A stretch of DNA of 64,000 nucleotides from Bacteroidota bacterium (GTDB lineage: Bacteria; Bacteroidota; Bacteroidia; Bacteroidales; JAAUTT01): positions 246,765 to 310,764 of the forward strand of contig JAUZOO010000004.1 in the NCBI GenBank assembly GCA_030706405.1. The letters run 5' to 3'. Of this stretch, positions 48,235 to 58,687 are shown piece after piece. The notes beneath the pieces are model-generated. The model did no database searches, was not told where the DNA came from, and saw only the letters and a program-made list of their open reading frames with translations. The first letter of the stretch is position 1. Each line of letters starts with the position of its first letter. The translations under genes and the position numbers were made by a program.

Positions 48235-50478
48235 ATGGGAACAATCCTCAAAAAAAGCTTTCCGGTAACCGGAATGAGTTGCGCCTCTTGCGCCCTCAGT
48301 GCTGAAAATCAGCTTAAAGAGCAGAAGGGAGTGCTGAAGGCATCCGTCAACATAGCCAATTCGATGGCCTTGGTAGAATTTTCGCCAGAAGATGTTACCG
48401 CTACCGACCTTAGGGTAGCCATCCTGTCCATTGGTTTCGATTTACTCATTAATGAAGAGGAAGAAGAAGCTGAACATTTAGAAGACCTGCATCAACAACA
48501 ATATAAATCGCTATTAAGGAATACAGCATGGGCTTCCGCGTTTTCGCTTCCAGTGGTTATTATCGCCATGTTTCTGATGAATATTCCGAATGTGAACTGG
48601 ATCATGCTTGTGCTTACAACACCAGTGCTACTCATTTTCGGCCGCCGGTTCTTTGTCAACGCCTTTAAACTGGCCCTGCTCCGTAAGGCCAACATGGACA
48701 CACTGGTAGCACTAAGTACCGGCATCGCTTACCTGTTCAGCCTTTTTAACACATTATATCCCGAATTTTGGCACAGCCGCGGTGTGCATCCTCATGTGTA
48801 TTTCGAAGCATCAGCCGTGGTAATATCCTTTATTCTTCTGGGAAAACTACTCGAAGAACGGGCTAATTCGAATACGTCATCGGCCATTAAAAAACTAATC
48901 GGGCTACAACCTAAAACCGTAACCATCCTTTACGATAACGGAGATGAAGCGTCGATACCGGTTTCGCAGGTGAAGCCCGGCGACAGACTTTTAGTTAAAC
49001 CCGGCGACAAAATTCCGGTTGACGGCGAAATCACTTCTGGCTCATCGTTTATCGACGAAAGTACCATCACCGGCGAATCGTTGCCTATCGAAAAAGAGAT
49101 TGGCGCCAAAGTATTTGCCGGAACTCAAAACCAGAAAGGAAGCTTTGCCTTTACGGCTCAAAAAGTTGGAAACGAAACCATTCTTGCGCAAATCATAAAA
49201 ATGGTACAACAGGCGCAGGGAAGCAAAGCTCCGGTGCAAAAGCTCGTCGACAAGATCGCCGGAATATTTGTGCCGACTATCATCATTATCTCGTTGCTCA
49301 GCTTCTCGCTATGGATGATTTTCGGCGGAGACAATGCTCTCACTCAGGCTTTGCTGGCCATGGTTACGGTGCTGGTTATAGCCTGCCCGTGCGCGCTGGG
49401 ACTTGCTACGCCTACAGCCATCATGGTGGGCATGGGTAAAGGTGCCGAAAACGGAATACTGATAAAAGATGCCGAGAGCCTCGAACTGGCCCATAAAATC
49501 AACGCCATCATCCTCGACAAAACCGGCACCATCACCGAAGGCAAACCCGAAATTACCGATATTGTATGGCTTGTTCCGGAACCGAAAAGGACCGAACTTA
49601 CACAACTATTGCTGTCTATCGAATCACAATCCGAGCATCCACTTGCCGAAGCCGTTATCAATGCTTTTGACAAAACCGACAGCTTCGTTCATGCAGATAA
49701 ATTTGAAAGTATCACCGGCAAAGGAGTTGTAGCTACTTATCAGGACAACGTTTACCTCGTGGGCAACAATAAACTGCTGGAAGATTTTAGTGTTGATATA
49801 CCAGAATCTGACAGAAAACAAATTGACTTATGGCAGGAAGATGCCAAAACGGTGATCGCATTTGTCTGCAACAAGGAACTTATGGCCATCTTTGCCATTG
49901 CCGACAAGATTAAAGACACGTCGACCCAGGCAATCCGCGAACTACAGGAGCAGGGCATCGAAGTTTTCATGCTCACTGGCGACAATGTTCAAACTGCGAA
50001 AGCCGTAGCTCATAGAGTTGACTTAAATAACTTTAAAGCGGAGGTTATGCCTTCGGACAAGGCCGACTTTATCAAAGAATTACAACATCAAGGGAAAGTA
50101 GTAGCCATGGTTGGCGACGGCATCAACGATTCGCACGCCTTGGCTCAGGCCGACGTGAGCATTGCCATGGGCAAAGGTTCCGACATTGCCATCGACGTGG
50201 CTAAAATGACCATCATATCGTCCGATCTGTTGCTTATCCCAAAAGCTATAAAGCTATCAAGGCTTACCGTGCGGACGATTCACCAGAACCTATTCTGGGC
50301 GTTTATTTATAACCTCATCGGCATTCCAATTGCTGCCGGGATACTCTATCCGATATGGGGCTTTATGCTAAACCCGATGATTGCCGGGGCTGCGATGGCT
50401 TTCAGCTCGGTATCGGTAGTCAGCAATAGCCTTCGATTAAAAACAAAAAGGCTACGAAGCAACGAGGGAACAAAGTAA
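48235..50478 (+). CDS. copA: Copper-translocating P1B-type ATPase
   Basis: 747 aa. Has the N-terminal HMA motif GMSCASC, the transmembrane CPC motif (IACPCALGLATP), the phosphorylation site DKTGTIT, and GDGINDS. Confidence 0.93.
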   Translation: MGTILKKSFPVTGMSCASCALSAENQLKEQKGVLKASVNIANSMALVEFSPEDVTATDLRVAILSIGFDLLINEEEEEAEHLEDLHQQQYKSLLRNTAWASAFSLPVVIIAMFLMNIPNVNWIMLVLTTPVLLIFGRRFFVNAFKLALLRKANMDTLVALSTGIAYLFSLFNTLYPEFWHSRGVHPHVYFEASAVVISFILLGKLLEERANSNTSSAIKKLIGLQPKTVTILYDNGDEASIPVSQVKPGDRLLVKPGDKIPVDGEITSGSSFIDESTITGESLPIEKEIGAKVFAGTQNQKGSFAFTAQKVGNETILAQIIKMVQQAQGSKAPVQKLVDKIAGIFVPTIIIISLLSFSLWMIFGGDNALTQALLAMVTVLVIACPCALGLATPTAIMVGMGKGAENGILIKDAESLELAHKINAIILDKTGTITEGKPEITDIVWLVPEPKRTELTQLLLSIESQSEHPLAEAVINAFDKTDSFVHADKFESITGKGVVATYQDNVYLVGNNKLLEDFSVDIPESDRKQIDLWQEDAKTVIAFVCNKELMAIFAIADKIKDTSTQAIRELQEQGIEVFMLTGDNVQTAKAVAHRVDLNNFKAEVMPSDKADFIKELQHQGKVVAMVGDGINDSHALAQADVSIAMGKGSDIAIDVAKMTIISSDLLLIPKAIKLSRLTVRTIHQNLFWAFIYNLIGIPIAAGILYPIWGFMLNPMIAGAAMAFSSVSVVSNSLRLKTKRLRSNEGTK

Positions 50479-50520
50479 CATCTCGTCACCTAACAGCATA
50501 ATCACTTAATAACTTAAAAT

Positions 50521-50730
50521 ATGTCAACACTAAAATTCAAAACCACCATCAATTGCTCCGGCTGTATTGACAAAGCTTCACCTTTTTTAAACAATACAAA
50601 TGGCATTGACAAATGGGGTGTAGAACTCACTAATCCCCAGAAAATACTGACTGTTGAAACCTCAACACTTTCAGAAAACGACATTATTCAAGGGCTTACC
50701 AAATTGGGATTTAAAGTAGAAAAGCTTTAA
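50521..50730 (+). CDS. copZ: Heavy-metal-associated domain protein (CopZ-like chaperone)
   Basis: 69 aa with the CxxC motif in TTINCSGCIDKA and a size consistent with a beta-alpha-beta-beta-alpha-beta fold. Confidence 0.7.
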   Translation: MSTLKFKTTINCSGCIDKASPFLNNTNGIDKWGVELTNPQKILTVETSTLSENDIIQGLTKLGFKVEKL

Positions 50731-50767
50731 TATCCAACAATGCCTCAGAAAAAAGGTTGCTAAAAAC

Positions 50768-50806
50768 AAAATTGCGCAATGATAATTAATTCATCTGCGC
50801 AATTTT
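50768..50806. terminator. Bidirectional terminator between copZ and dsbD
   Basis: Stem aaattgcgca/tgcgcaattt with a 17-nt loop and A/T runs on both sides. Confidence 0.65.
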
Positions 50807-50831
50807 GCGTTGGCTTTTGTAGACTCTGCGG

Positions 50832-52886
50832 TTATTTTTTTCGAAAAACTTTAATTCCTCCATCCAAAAACTTCACAAAATCTTCGGCATTATAATCTGC
50901 ACCCTGCGGAGAAGCTAAAAGGTTACCGTTGGTATCGAGCAATACATAAAACGGTTGTGAGTTTGAATTAAACCGCGAAGCCTGAAAATCGCTCCACTTG
51001 TTGCCTATCGTCCGCACCGTCTTTCCGCTAAATTTAGAAGTAAACTGCTCGTTGGCGGGAAGCTCTGTCTTATCATCTACATACAATTGAATCAGTACAT
51101 AGTCGTTACTCAGTCGTTTCAGCACCTCCTTATCCGACCAAACGTCGGCCTCCATCTTACGGCAATTCACGCAGGCATGACCGGTAAAATCGATCATCAC
51201 CGGCTTATTTACCTTCTTGGCATAAGCCAGGCCTTCGTCATAATCAAAAAAGGCATCGAGATTTAGCGGAGCATGAAATAAGTCTCCGTATTTTTTAAAT
51301 TGATGTTCTCCGGTGTTTTTATTCAAACTGCTGGTATAAAGGTCAAAATCCTGGGTTTGCTGAGGAGGCAAAAATGCCGCAATAGACCGTAGCGGAGCGC
51401 CCCACAATCCGGGAATCATATACATGGTGAATGCTAAAACGATGATCGCCCCAAACAACCTGAACACCGAAATTCCGGAAAGATCGGCATCATGGGCAAA
51501 TTTAAGTTTTCCCAACAGGTACAACCCGAGAAGTCCAAAGATGACGATCCACAATACGAGAAACACCTCGCGGTCGAACCAATTCCAATGGTAGGCCAGA
51601 TCAACGTTTGAGAGAAATTTAAGGGCAAGCGCCAATTCCAGAAATCCCAACACGACTTTAACACTATTAAGCCATCCGCCGGATTTAGGCAAATTGCTCA
51701 TCCATGATGGGAACATGGCAAACAACGCAAACGGGATGGACAAAGCCAGTGCAAAACCAAACATTCCAACGGCAGGCCCCATGTATTGCCCCATGGTGGC
51801 AGCCTGTACCAGCAAGGTTCCGATAATAGGTCCCGTACACGAAAATGACACCAATGCTAATGTAGCAGCCATAAAGAATATCCCCACCAAACCGCTTTTA
51901 TCGGCCTGAGCATCGGTTTTATTTACCCACGACGAAGGCAAGGTGATTTCAAAAGCCCCCAGGAACGAAGCAGCAAAAACAATCAGCAGCAAAAAAAACA
52001 GGAAGTTAAAGACGCCGTTTGTAGACAGGCTATTCAATGCATCGGCACCGAATAAGACCGTTACCACAAGTCCCACACCAACATAGATGACGATGATCGA
52101 CAATCCATATAGCATTGCTTTACCAACAGCGCGGCCTTTGGGAGCAGACGATTTAGTAAAATAACTAACGGTAAGCGGCAACATGGGAAAGATACAAGGC
52201 ATCAAAAAAGCCGCAAATCCGCCCAACAAGCCAGCAAGAAATATAGCCCAGAGCGATTTCGTCCCGGCTTTTCCGGCAGTCGTAGACTTGGCTACAATTA
52301 AAGTATCTTTTTTTGTTGCTTTCAGCGAATCAGCAGTAGAAGTTAAACTCTTCGCAATAACGCCAGTAATGGCCCCGGCCTTTTGTACTTCCTTTACAGA
52401 AGCCGAAGGTTGTTCGACCGCCTGTGCTACCTGTTCATTTTTAACGGCAAAGCTAAACGGCACTTCGTCCGGAGGAAGGCATTGAACATCGTTACAAACC
52501 ATAAATTCCAACGAACCTTTAATAATAGTTGTGGTCGTTTTTAGTTTTACCTTTTGTACAAATACAGCCTTCTTCTCAAAATAGGCAATATTCATGTTGA
52601 ATGCCTTTTCAAAGGCTTTTACCGGTTTAAGGATTTCTTTCACCTTTCCATCCAGCTCATAATCGGCCGACGGCACAAATTTGAACGACGTTGGAATTGG
52701 CCCTCCCGATTCGATAAACTGCGAATAAAGATGCCACCCGTTGTCGATAGTAGCCGTAATCGTAAGCTCGGCTTCCTGCTTTCCAACATTCTTACTGGTA
52801 AAACCCCAAGTTACATGATGTTCTATTTGCGCACGGCAAAGCACCGACACAAAAATCAACAGTATAACAACAAAACCTTTTTTCAT
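50832..52886 (-). CDS. dsbD: Thiol:disulfide interchange protein DsbD (N-terminal domain, DsbD TM core and C-terminal thioredoxin)
   Basis: Start taken at the ATG at 52886 (MKKGFVVILLIFVSVLCRAQ). Has TM-core Cys residues (FLMPCIFPMLP, SFSCTGPIIG) and a C-terminal thioredoxin CxxC (FTGHACVNCRKME). Confidence 0.88.
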   Translation of the reverse strand: MKKGFVVILLIFVSVLCRAQIEHHVTWGFTSKNVGKQEAELTITATIDNGWHLYSQFIESGGPIPTSFKFVPSADYELDGKVKEILKPVKAFEKAFNMNIAYFEKKAVFVQKVKLKTTTTIIKGSLEFMVCNDVQCLPPDEVPFSFAVKNEQVAQAVEQPSASVKEVQKAGAITGVIAKSLTSTADSLKATKKDTLIVAKSTTAGKAGTKSLWAIFLAGLLGGFAAFLMPCIFPMLPLTVSYFTKSSAPKGRAVGKAMLYGLSIIVIYVGVGLVVTVLFGADALNSLSTNGVFNFLFFLLLIVFAASFLGAFEITLPSSWVNKTDAQADKSGLVGIFFMAATLALVSFSCTGPIIGTLLVQAATMGQYMGPAVGMFGFALALSIPFALFAMFPSWMSNLPKSGGWLNSVKVVLGFLELALALKFLSNVDLAYHWNWFDREVFLVLWIVIFGLLGLYLLGKLKFAHDADLSGISVFRLFGAIIVLAFTMYMIPGLWGAPLRSIAAFLPPQQTQDFDLYTSSLNKNTGEHQFKKYGDLFHAPLNLDAFFDYDEGLAYAKKVNKPVMIDFTGHACVNCRKMEADVWSDKEVLKRLSNDYVLIQLYVDDKTELPANEQFTSKFSGKTVRTIGNKWSDFQASRFNSNSQPFYVLLDTNGNLLASPQGADYNAEDFVKFLDGGIKVFRKK

Positions 52887-53181
52887 ACTAATTATCAATA
52901 CTTATAAACTTTATTCACAAAACAATCTCACAAAAAGCATTTAGATTTATTTGAAACTTAAAAACCACAAACGCCTTCAATTGTTTATGCAATGTAGCAC
53001 TAAAATTTAATTTGGATGAATGTGTTTTCTCAGGAAAAACTACGAAACCCATTGTGCTGTGATATTCACGCTGAAATATCTAAAAAAATAAAGCCCCTCT
53101 ATAAAAATAGAGAGGCAAATATTTTTCGGTTTACTTTAGCATAACGTCCTATTTAAAATAGGAAGAGAGAGGTTTGTCGAA

Positions 53182-53260
53182 ACTTACTTCTGAATTATCG
53201 CCTATCGTATAACTTGCTTCTATACCTATCACTTGCTTCTGGTTGCGACTGATTGCTTCT
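53182..53260. repeat. Four direct copies of a 10-mer ACTT(G/A)CTTCT (the last reads GATTGCTTCT)
   Basis: Copies lie at 53182-53191 (acttacttct), 53212-53221, 53231-53240 (both acttgcttct) and 53251-53260 (gattgcttct). A weaker acttgtttc lies at 53278-53286. Confidence 0.8.
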
Positions 53261-53391
53261 GAATAAACACCTAACTGACTTGTTTCATGTATTTATACCA
53301 TTGAGGAGTAAAAAGTAACCCTCCCAATTGCAATTTTTTACAAAAAAATTCACAACATCAAACAAACAGTTAATATACAACCACATACACC

Positions 53392-53946
53392 CTACCCCAC
53401 AACCTCTTTCTGCGATATTTTCAACAGCTCATTAGTGGTTTTCCAATTTCGGGTAGTTGCCACAACGTTTAATTTAGCTTCTATAAAACTATTCGTCAAT
53501 TTTGTTTTTCCATATCCATTGGGGCAATATAAATAAAGAGCTTCTTCGGTTATAGCAACGTCTTCGTCATCGGACTTTCGCATTAAAATATCCACACAAT
53601 CAACCATTACAGGGCGGGAAGCCAGAAATGTAACATGTAAATACCGAGCATCTTTTGACTGCTCGTTTTTAAAAGGATTATTCGTTATAATCCGTTCAAG
53701 CGTTTCAACAGTCAAAACAATGACTGGGACTTGAAATCCAAACTGATTTAGTATCTGATTGGAAATTTTCGTAGTTAATTCATAAGATTCATACCTGTCA
53801 TCCTGGAATATAACATTTCCACTTTGAATGTATGTCTGTACATTCCTAAAACCAAGATATTCGTACATTTTACGCAACGCATCCATTGCTATAATCTTCT
53901 GACCACTAACGTTAATACCCCGAAGTATTGAAATATAGGTCATCAT
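53392..53946 (-). CDS. DUF1697 family protein
   Basis: 184 aa. The N-terminus M(M)TYISILRGINVSGQKIIAMDALRKMYE..GF.NV.TYIQSGNVIF is typical of DUF1697. Its start overlaps the crcB stop codon (ATGA). Confidence 0.75.
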   Translation of the reverse strand: MMTYISILRGINVSGQKIIAMDALRKMYEYLGFRNVQTYIQSGNVIFQDDRYESYELTTKISNQILNQFGFQVPVIVLTVETLERIITNNPFKNEQSKDARYLHVTFLASRPVMVDCVDILMRKSDDEDVAITEEALYLYCPNGYGKTKLTNSFIEAKLNVVATTRNWKTTNELLKISQKEVVG

Positions 53947-54314
53947 GAATTTACCAATAAACTACCCAGGTATGTTGCCAGCAACCCAAGCATTACGCTT
54001 AATCCGGTGTATAAAGCCACATAAACAAAAGCCCCGTCGCGAAGCATCCCTAAATTGTCGTTGGCAAAAGTAGAAAACGTGGTGTATCCCCCGCAAAAAC
54101 CAACAGTAAGAAACATCCGGAGCTCTGTCGACATTAAATTTCCGCGTTCCGCCAAGCCGTAAAACAACCCTATCAAAAAACAACCAAGAATATTCACAAT
54201 TAACGTTCCGTACGGAAACGAAACCGGCAAGTATTTATGAATAGACAAGGAGGTAAGGTACCGGGCAATGCTACCCAGAAATCCTCCAGAGCCAATAATG
54301 AGGAGCAGTTTCAT
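53943..54314 (-). CDS. crcB: Fluoride ion channel CrcB/FluC
   Basis: 123 aa with four TM segments. Motifs are GGFLGSIARY, GTLIVNILGCFLIG and GFCGGYTTFSTF. Confidence 0.9.
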   Translation of the reverse strand: MKLLLIIGSGGFLGSIARYLTSLSIHKYLPVSFPYGTLIVNILGCFLIGLFYGLAERGNLMSTELRMFLTVGFCGGYTTFSTFANDNLGMLRDGAFVYVALYTGLSVMLGLLATYLGSLLVNS

Positions 54315-54335
54315 TGCAATGATCTATTAATATGC

Positions 54336-54343
54336 CAAAGGTA
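54336..54343 (-). promoter_or_regulatory. Candidate -7 box for crcB
   Basis: Minus-strand TACCTTTG matches TAnnTTTG, with 21 nt between the box and the crcB ATG. Confidence 0.35.
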
Positions 54344-54406
54344 AAATATTAAAAGATAAAAGATACTCCGTATTTTTTAGAGAAATCCTGGCAGTATTAA
54401 AAAAGA

Positions 54407-54439
54407 ACACCCTTCCCCCGGAAACCAGGAGAAGGGTGT
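54407..54439 (-). terminator. Terminator after groEL
   Basis: Stem acacccttc/gaagggtgt plus extra GC pairs. On the minus strand it is followed by TCTTTTTT. Confidence 0.8.
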
Positions 54440-54459
54440 AATATATAGGATTGCATGAA

Positions 54460-56106
<1,647 letters not shown>

Positions 56107-56130
56107 TTATAATTTTAGGTTATACACTAA

Positions 56131-56409
56131 TTAAATAACAGCAAGAATGTCGGACTGACGCATGATGAGGTAGTCTTTGCCGTCGATGTTAAGTTCGGTT
56201 CCGGCATACTTTCCGTATAATACGATGTCGCCTACCTTAACTTCCATTTTGTCGTCTTTGGTGCCAGGACCGGCAGCAACAACTGTTCCTCTCTGGGGTT
56301 TTTCTTTAGCTGTGTCCGGAATGAAGATTCCGCTTGCTGTTTTTTCTTCGGCCTGAGTAGGTTCAACGAGCACCCTGTCGGCTAATGGTTTAATTTTTAC
56401 TTCTGCCAT
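56131..56409 (-). CDS. groS: Co-chaperonin GroES
   Basis: 92 aa. Reads [12 protein letters not shown]...[24 protein letters not shown], and sits directly upstream of groEL. Confidence 0.95.
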   Translation of the reverse strand: MAEVKIKPLADRVLVEPTQAEEKTASGIFIPDTAKEKPQRGTVVAAGPGTKDDKMEVKVGDIVLYGKYAGTELNIDGKDYLIMRQSDILAVI

Positions 56410-56605
56410 TTTAATATCTATTAAAGGTTAAACATTCTTTTGTTTTATGTGGGATTCCTTTTCACATATTGTGCCAAAGCCTAAATTGCGGATTTGAGGC
56501 TTAAATGTACGACATTTTTTCAGTTTGAGCTTTGCCATAGAAACGAACGTTCCGGCAATAAATGCCAAGTTTACAGGAAGTAGGTAAAGAAAGGGATGAA
56601 AACAA

Positions 56606-56638
56606 AAAGTGTCAGTACGAATGACATACTGACACTTT
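56606..56638 (-). terminator. Terminator after secG
   Basis: 12-bp stem aaagtgtcagta/tactgacacttt with a 9-nt loop. A U-rich tract follows on the minus strand. Confidence 0.8.
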
Positions 56639-56660
56639 AAGGAATCTATTTTGCTTGTAA

Positions 56661-57038
56661 TTATTTCTTTTCGCTCTTATCTCCGGCGTTTTGTTGATTA
56701 GATGCCGGAGCTGATTTTTTACCGGCAGGAGCTGCGTTAGGAAAGCTTGGCAAAGCTTTAGGATCGGCAGAGTTCTTCACCTGTTCTTCAATAGCTGATT
56801 TTTTAGCACCTTCTTCGCGAGGAATAGTAATCGAAGCCAGAAGGCAAAGGACGAGAAGGGCTGATGCCAATGTCCAGGTTGCTTTTTCAAGAAAATCGGC
56901 GGTTTTACGAACGCCCATAAATTGGTTAGAAGCTGCAAATGACGATGTCAATCCTCCACCTTTGGAGTTCTGAACCAGAACAATCAGAATGAGAAGGATA
57001 CAAACGATAACGATGAATACAGAGAGAACAATATACAT
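56661..57038 (-). CDS. secG: Preprotein translocase subunit SecG
   Basis: 125 aa. Has the motif LILIVLVQNSKGGGL.., a second TM helix, and a low-complexity tail. Confidence 0.85.
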   Translation of the reverse strand: MYIVLSVFIVIVCILLILIVLVQNSKGGGLTSSFAASNQFMGVRKTADFLEKATWTLASALLVLCLLASITIPREEGAKKSAIEEQVKNSADPKALPSFPNAAPAGKKSAPASNQQNAGDKSEKK

Positions 57039-57055
57039 AAATATCTGTTTTATAA

Positions 57056-58093
57056 TTATTTTAAATGATTTCGGAGTTCTTCTACCCGACTGGCAAAGAA
57101 AGTGCTTTTTTCGGGAAATTTCAAAATTAATTTCTCGTAAACTGCAATGGCCTTGTCATAAAGTTTTTGACTGGTATAGATCATTGCCAAGGTTTCTGTG
57201 GCAAGGCCGTCGTTTTCCTTTACACTTTCGGCCGAAATATCTTCGCGGTGTTCGGTCAGATCCAGACGGTTTGGCGTAAAAGACGGGTTTTCATCTATGA
57301 ACTTATCGATAAGCGCAAACGGGTCTGGTCCAACGACCTCTTCCGGCTCTTCAAAAGACAGAAAATCGTCATCAAATTCGAGCTCAAATTCGGCGGTTAT
57401 GTCAGCCAAGTCTTCGGCAATCCGTTGAGCTGCATCTTTAGGTTTTTGATCGGCTAAAGCAGACTCAAGGTTGTAACTGTTATATGTATATTCAGGAACA
57501 AACTCGGGTTTGCTGCTCTTCGGTTCTGGTTCTTTTTCGATTACATGCTCCTCAGCAATTGGCTTTTCATCTTCCATCGGAGAGACTGTTCCCAGAGTTT
57601 CCGGTTGGGCTGGTGGCTCAACAATACTTTCCGATCCTATAGGCTTTTCTTCAACAACAGGCGGAGTCTCTTCCAAAGGTTCTGCCGAAATTTCCGGTTC
57701 TACTTCAGAAATAGATTTGTCAATTGGTTGATTCGATACGCTTGTTATAACAGGCTCTTCCTGTAAAGGCTTTGGTTCAATCTCGGAGATAATTACTGCC
57801 GGTTCGGATGTAACCGGAGCTTGCAAAGTTGTTTCCGGTGTAGTTACTAGTTGTTCTGCGGAAAGCTCATGGACAAAGTTAAACAGCGCCCGGCGGTCGG
57901 CAATATATAGTGCCGATTCTTTCAGCTGTTCGTCAAACTGTTCCTGATAAAATTTCTTCAGGTTATAGAGCAGCAAAAAATGCGCCGACTGAAAAAACGG
58001 GAATTCGCGTACCAATCCGAGAAGGTCCTGGCGATCGTCGGGGAGCATCAACTGCGGATGCCTGATTAATGATAAGAGCCGGTCTTTATTCAT
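57056..58093 (-). CDS. Hypothetical protein with an acidic, Pro/Glu-rich centre and a C-terminal TPR-like motif
   Basis: Start taken at the ATG at 58093 (MNKDRLLSLIRHP), 13 nt after the upstream stop codon. The C-terminus LAMIYTSQKLYDKAIAVYEKLILKFPEK is TPR-like. No family was recognised. Confidence 0.55.
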   Translation of the reverse strand: MNKDRLLSLIRHPQLMLPDDRQDLLGLVREFPFFQSAHFLLLYNLKKFYQEQFDEQLKESALYIADRRALFNFVHELSAEQLVTTPETTLQAPVTSEPAVIISEIEPKPLQEEPVITSVSNQPIDKSISEVEPEISAEPLEETPPVVEEKPIGSESIVEPPAQPETLGTVSPMEDEKPIAEEHVIEKEPEPKSSKPEFVPEYTYNSYNLESALADQKPKDAAQRIAEDLADITAEFELEFDDDFLSFEEPEEVVGPDPFALIDKFIDENPSFTPNRLDLTEHREDISAESVKENDGLATETLAMIYTSQKLYDKAIAVYEKLILKFPEKSTFFASRVEELRNHLK

Positions 58094-58106
58094 AAGAGAA
58101 AGGAGT

Positions 58107-58658
58107 TTACCAGTTAACAAACGCTTTGTTAAATATATCCTGCACCAGATTATCAACAATCCCATCGAGTTCGGAAGCTTCTACGGATTCCAGGTTTTTA
58201 TCGGAAGAATAGTCAATATAGCGGCTAAATTGTTCGTCAAAGTCTTGTTTTGAATCCTTGGTGTTGGTATATTTTACTTTGATAGTAACGGTAAGCCGGT
58301 TAATGGGGGTAGAAACTATCTGTCCGGTTTGTGCGGCACCTTTTGGTTCAGTTGTATAGGATGTGATGGAACCATCAAAAACAACATCGCCGGAGCTGTT
58401 GCCTGATATTTTCAGGCTGGTTTGTGACAGGATTTTATCTTTAAGTTTCTCCGTTAGCTTTTGGGCCAGTAACGGCTGTACCAGCGAAGCCCTGTTCTGA
58501 AAATGCAATACAGCAGCTGTTTTGATATCGGGAGAAATAGACGCCCCGGTTGTAGAGTATTTGGCTTGCACGCCAACCAAACGGCAGCCCCCCATGGTTA
58601 TTGCGAGCAAAATTAAGGGGATAATTATGATACTTTTTTGAATTTTAATCTGATTCAT
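58107..58658 (-). CDS. lptE: LptE-like LPS-assembly lipoprotein
   Basis: 183 aa with the lipobox AITMGGC. The size and the context (sigma-54 activator, lipoprotein, hypothetical, secG) match the conserved Bacteroidota cluster. Sequence-level assignment is weak. Confidence 0.5.
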   Translation of the reverse strand: MNQIKIQKSIIIIPLILLAITMGGCRLVGVQAKYSTTGASISPDIKTAAVLHFQNRASLVQPLLAQKLTEKLKDKILSQTSLKISGNSSGDVVFDGSITSYTTEPKGAAQTGQIVSTPINRLTVTIKVKYTNTKDSKQDFDEQFSRYIDYSSDKNLESVEASELDGIVDNLVQDIFNKAFVNW

Positions 58659-58687
58659 GGTCCTAAAGTAAATGCTCTTAATAAAAT

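Noticed and set aside
53586-53594. DnaA-box-like ATATCCACA
   Set aside because: It is a single copy with one mismatch, located inside the DUF1697 coding region. There is no cluster and no AT-rich unwinding element, so it is not an origin.
54315-54459. Fluoride riboswitch expected upstream of crcB
   Set aside because: The minus-strand sequence here is the groEL terminator followed by an AT-rich promoter-like stretch. Conserved crcB-motif segments were not seen by eye. This needs confirmation with Infernal.
56410-56660. CIRCE/HrcA operator or sigma-54 promoter upstream of groES
   Set aside because: No TTAGCACTC-N9-GAGTGCTAA inverted repeat is present. The TTGGCACAATATGTGAA sequence has the TGGCAC half but lacks the TTGC -12 element.
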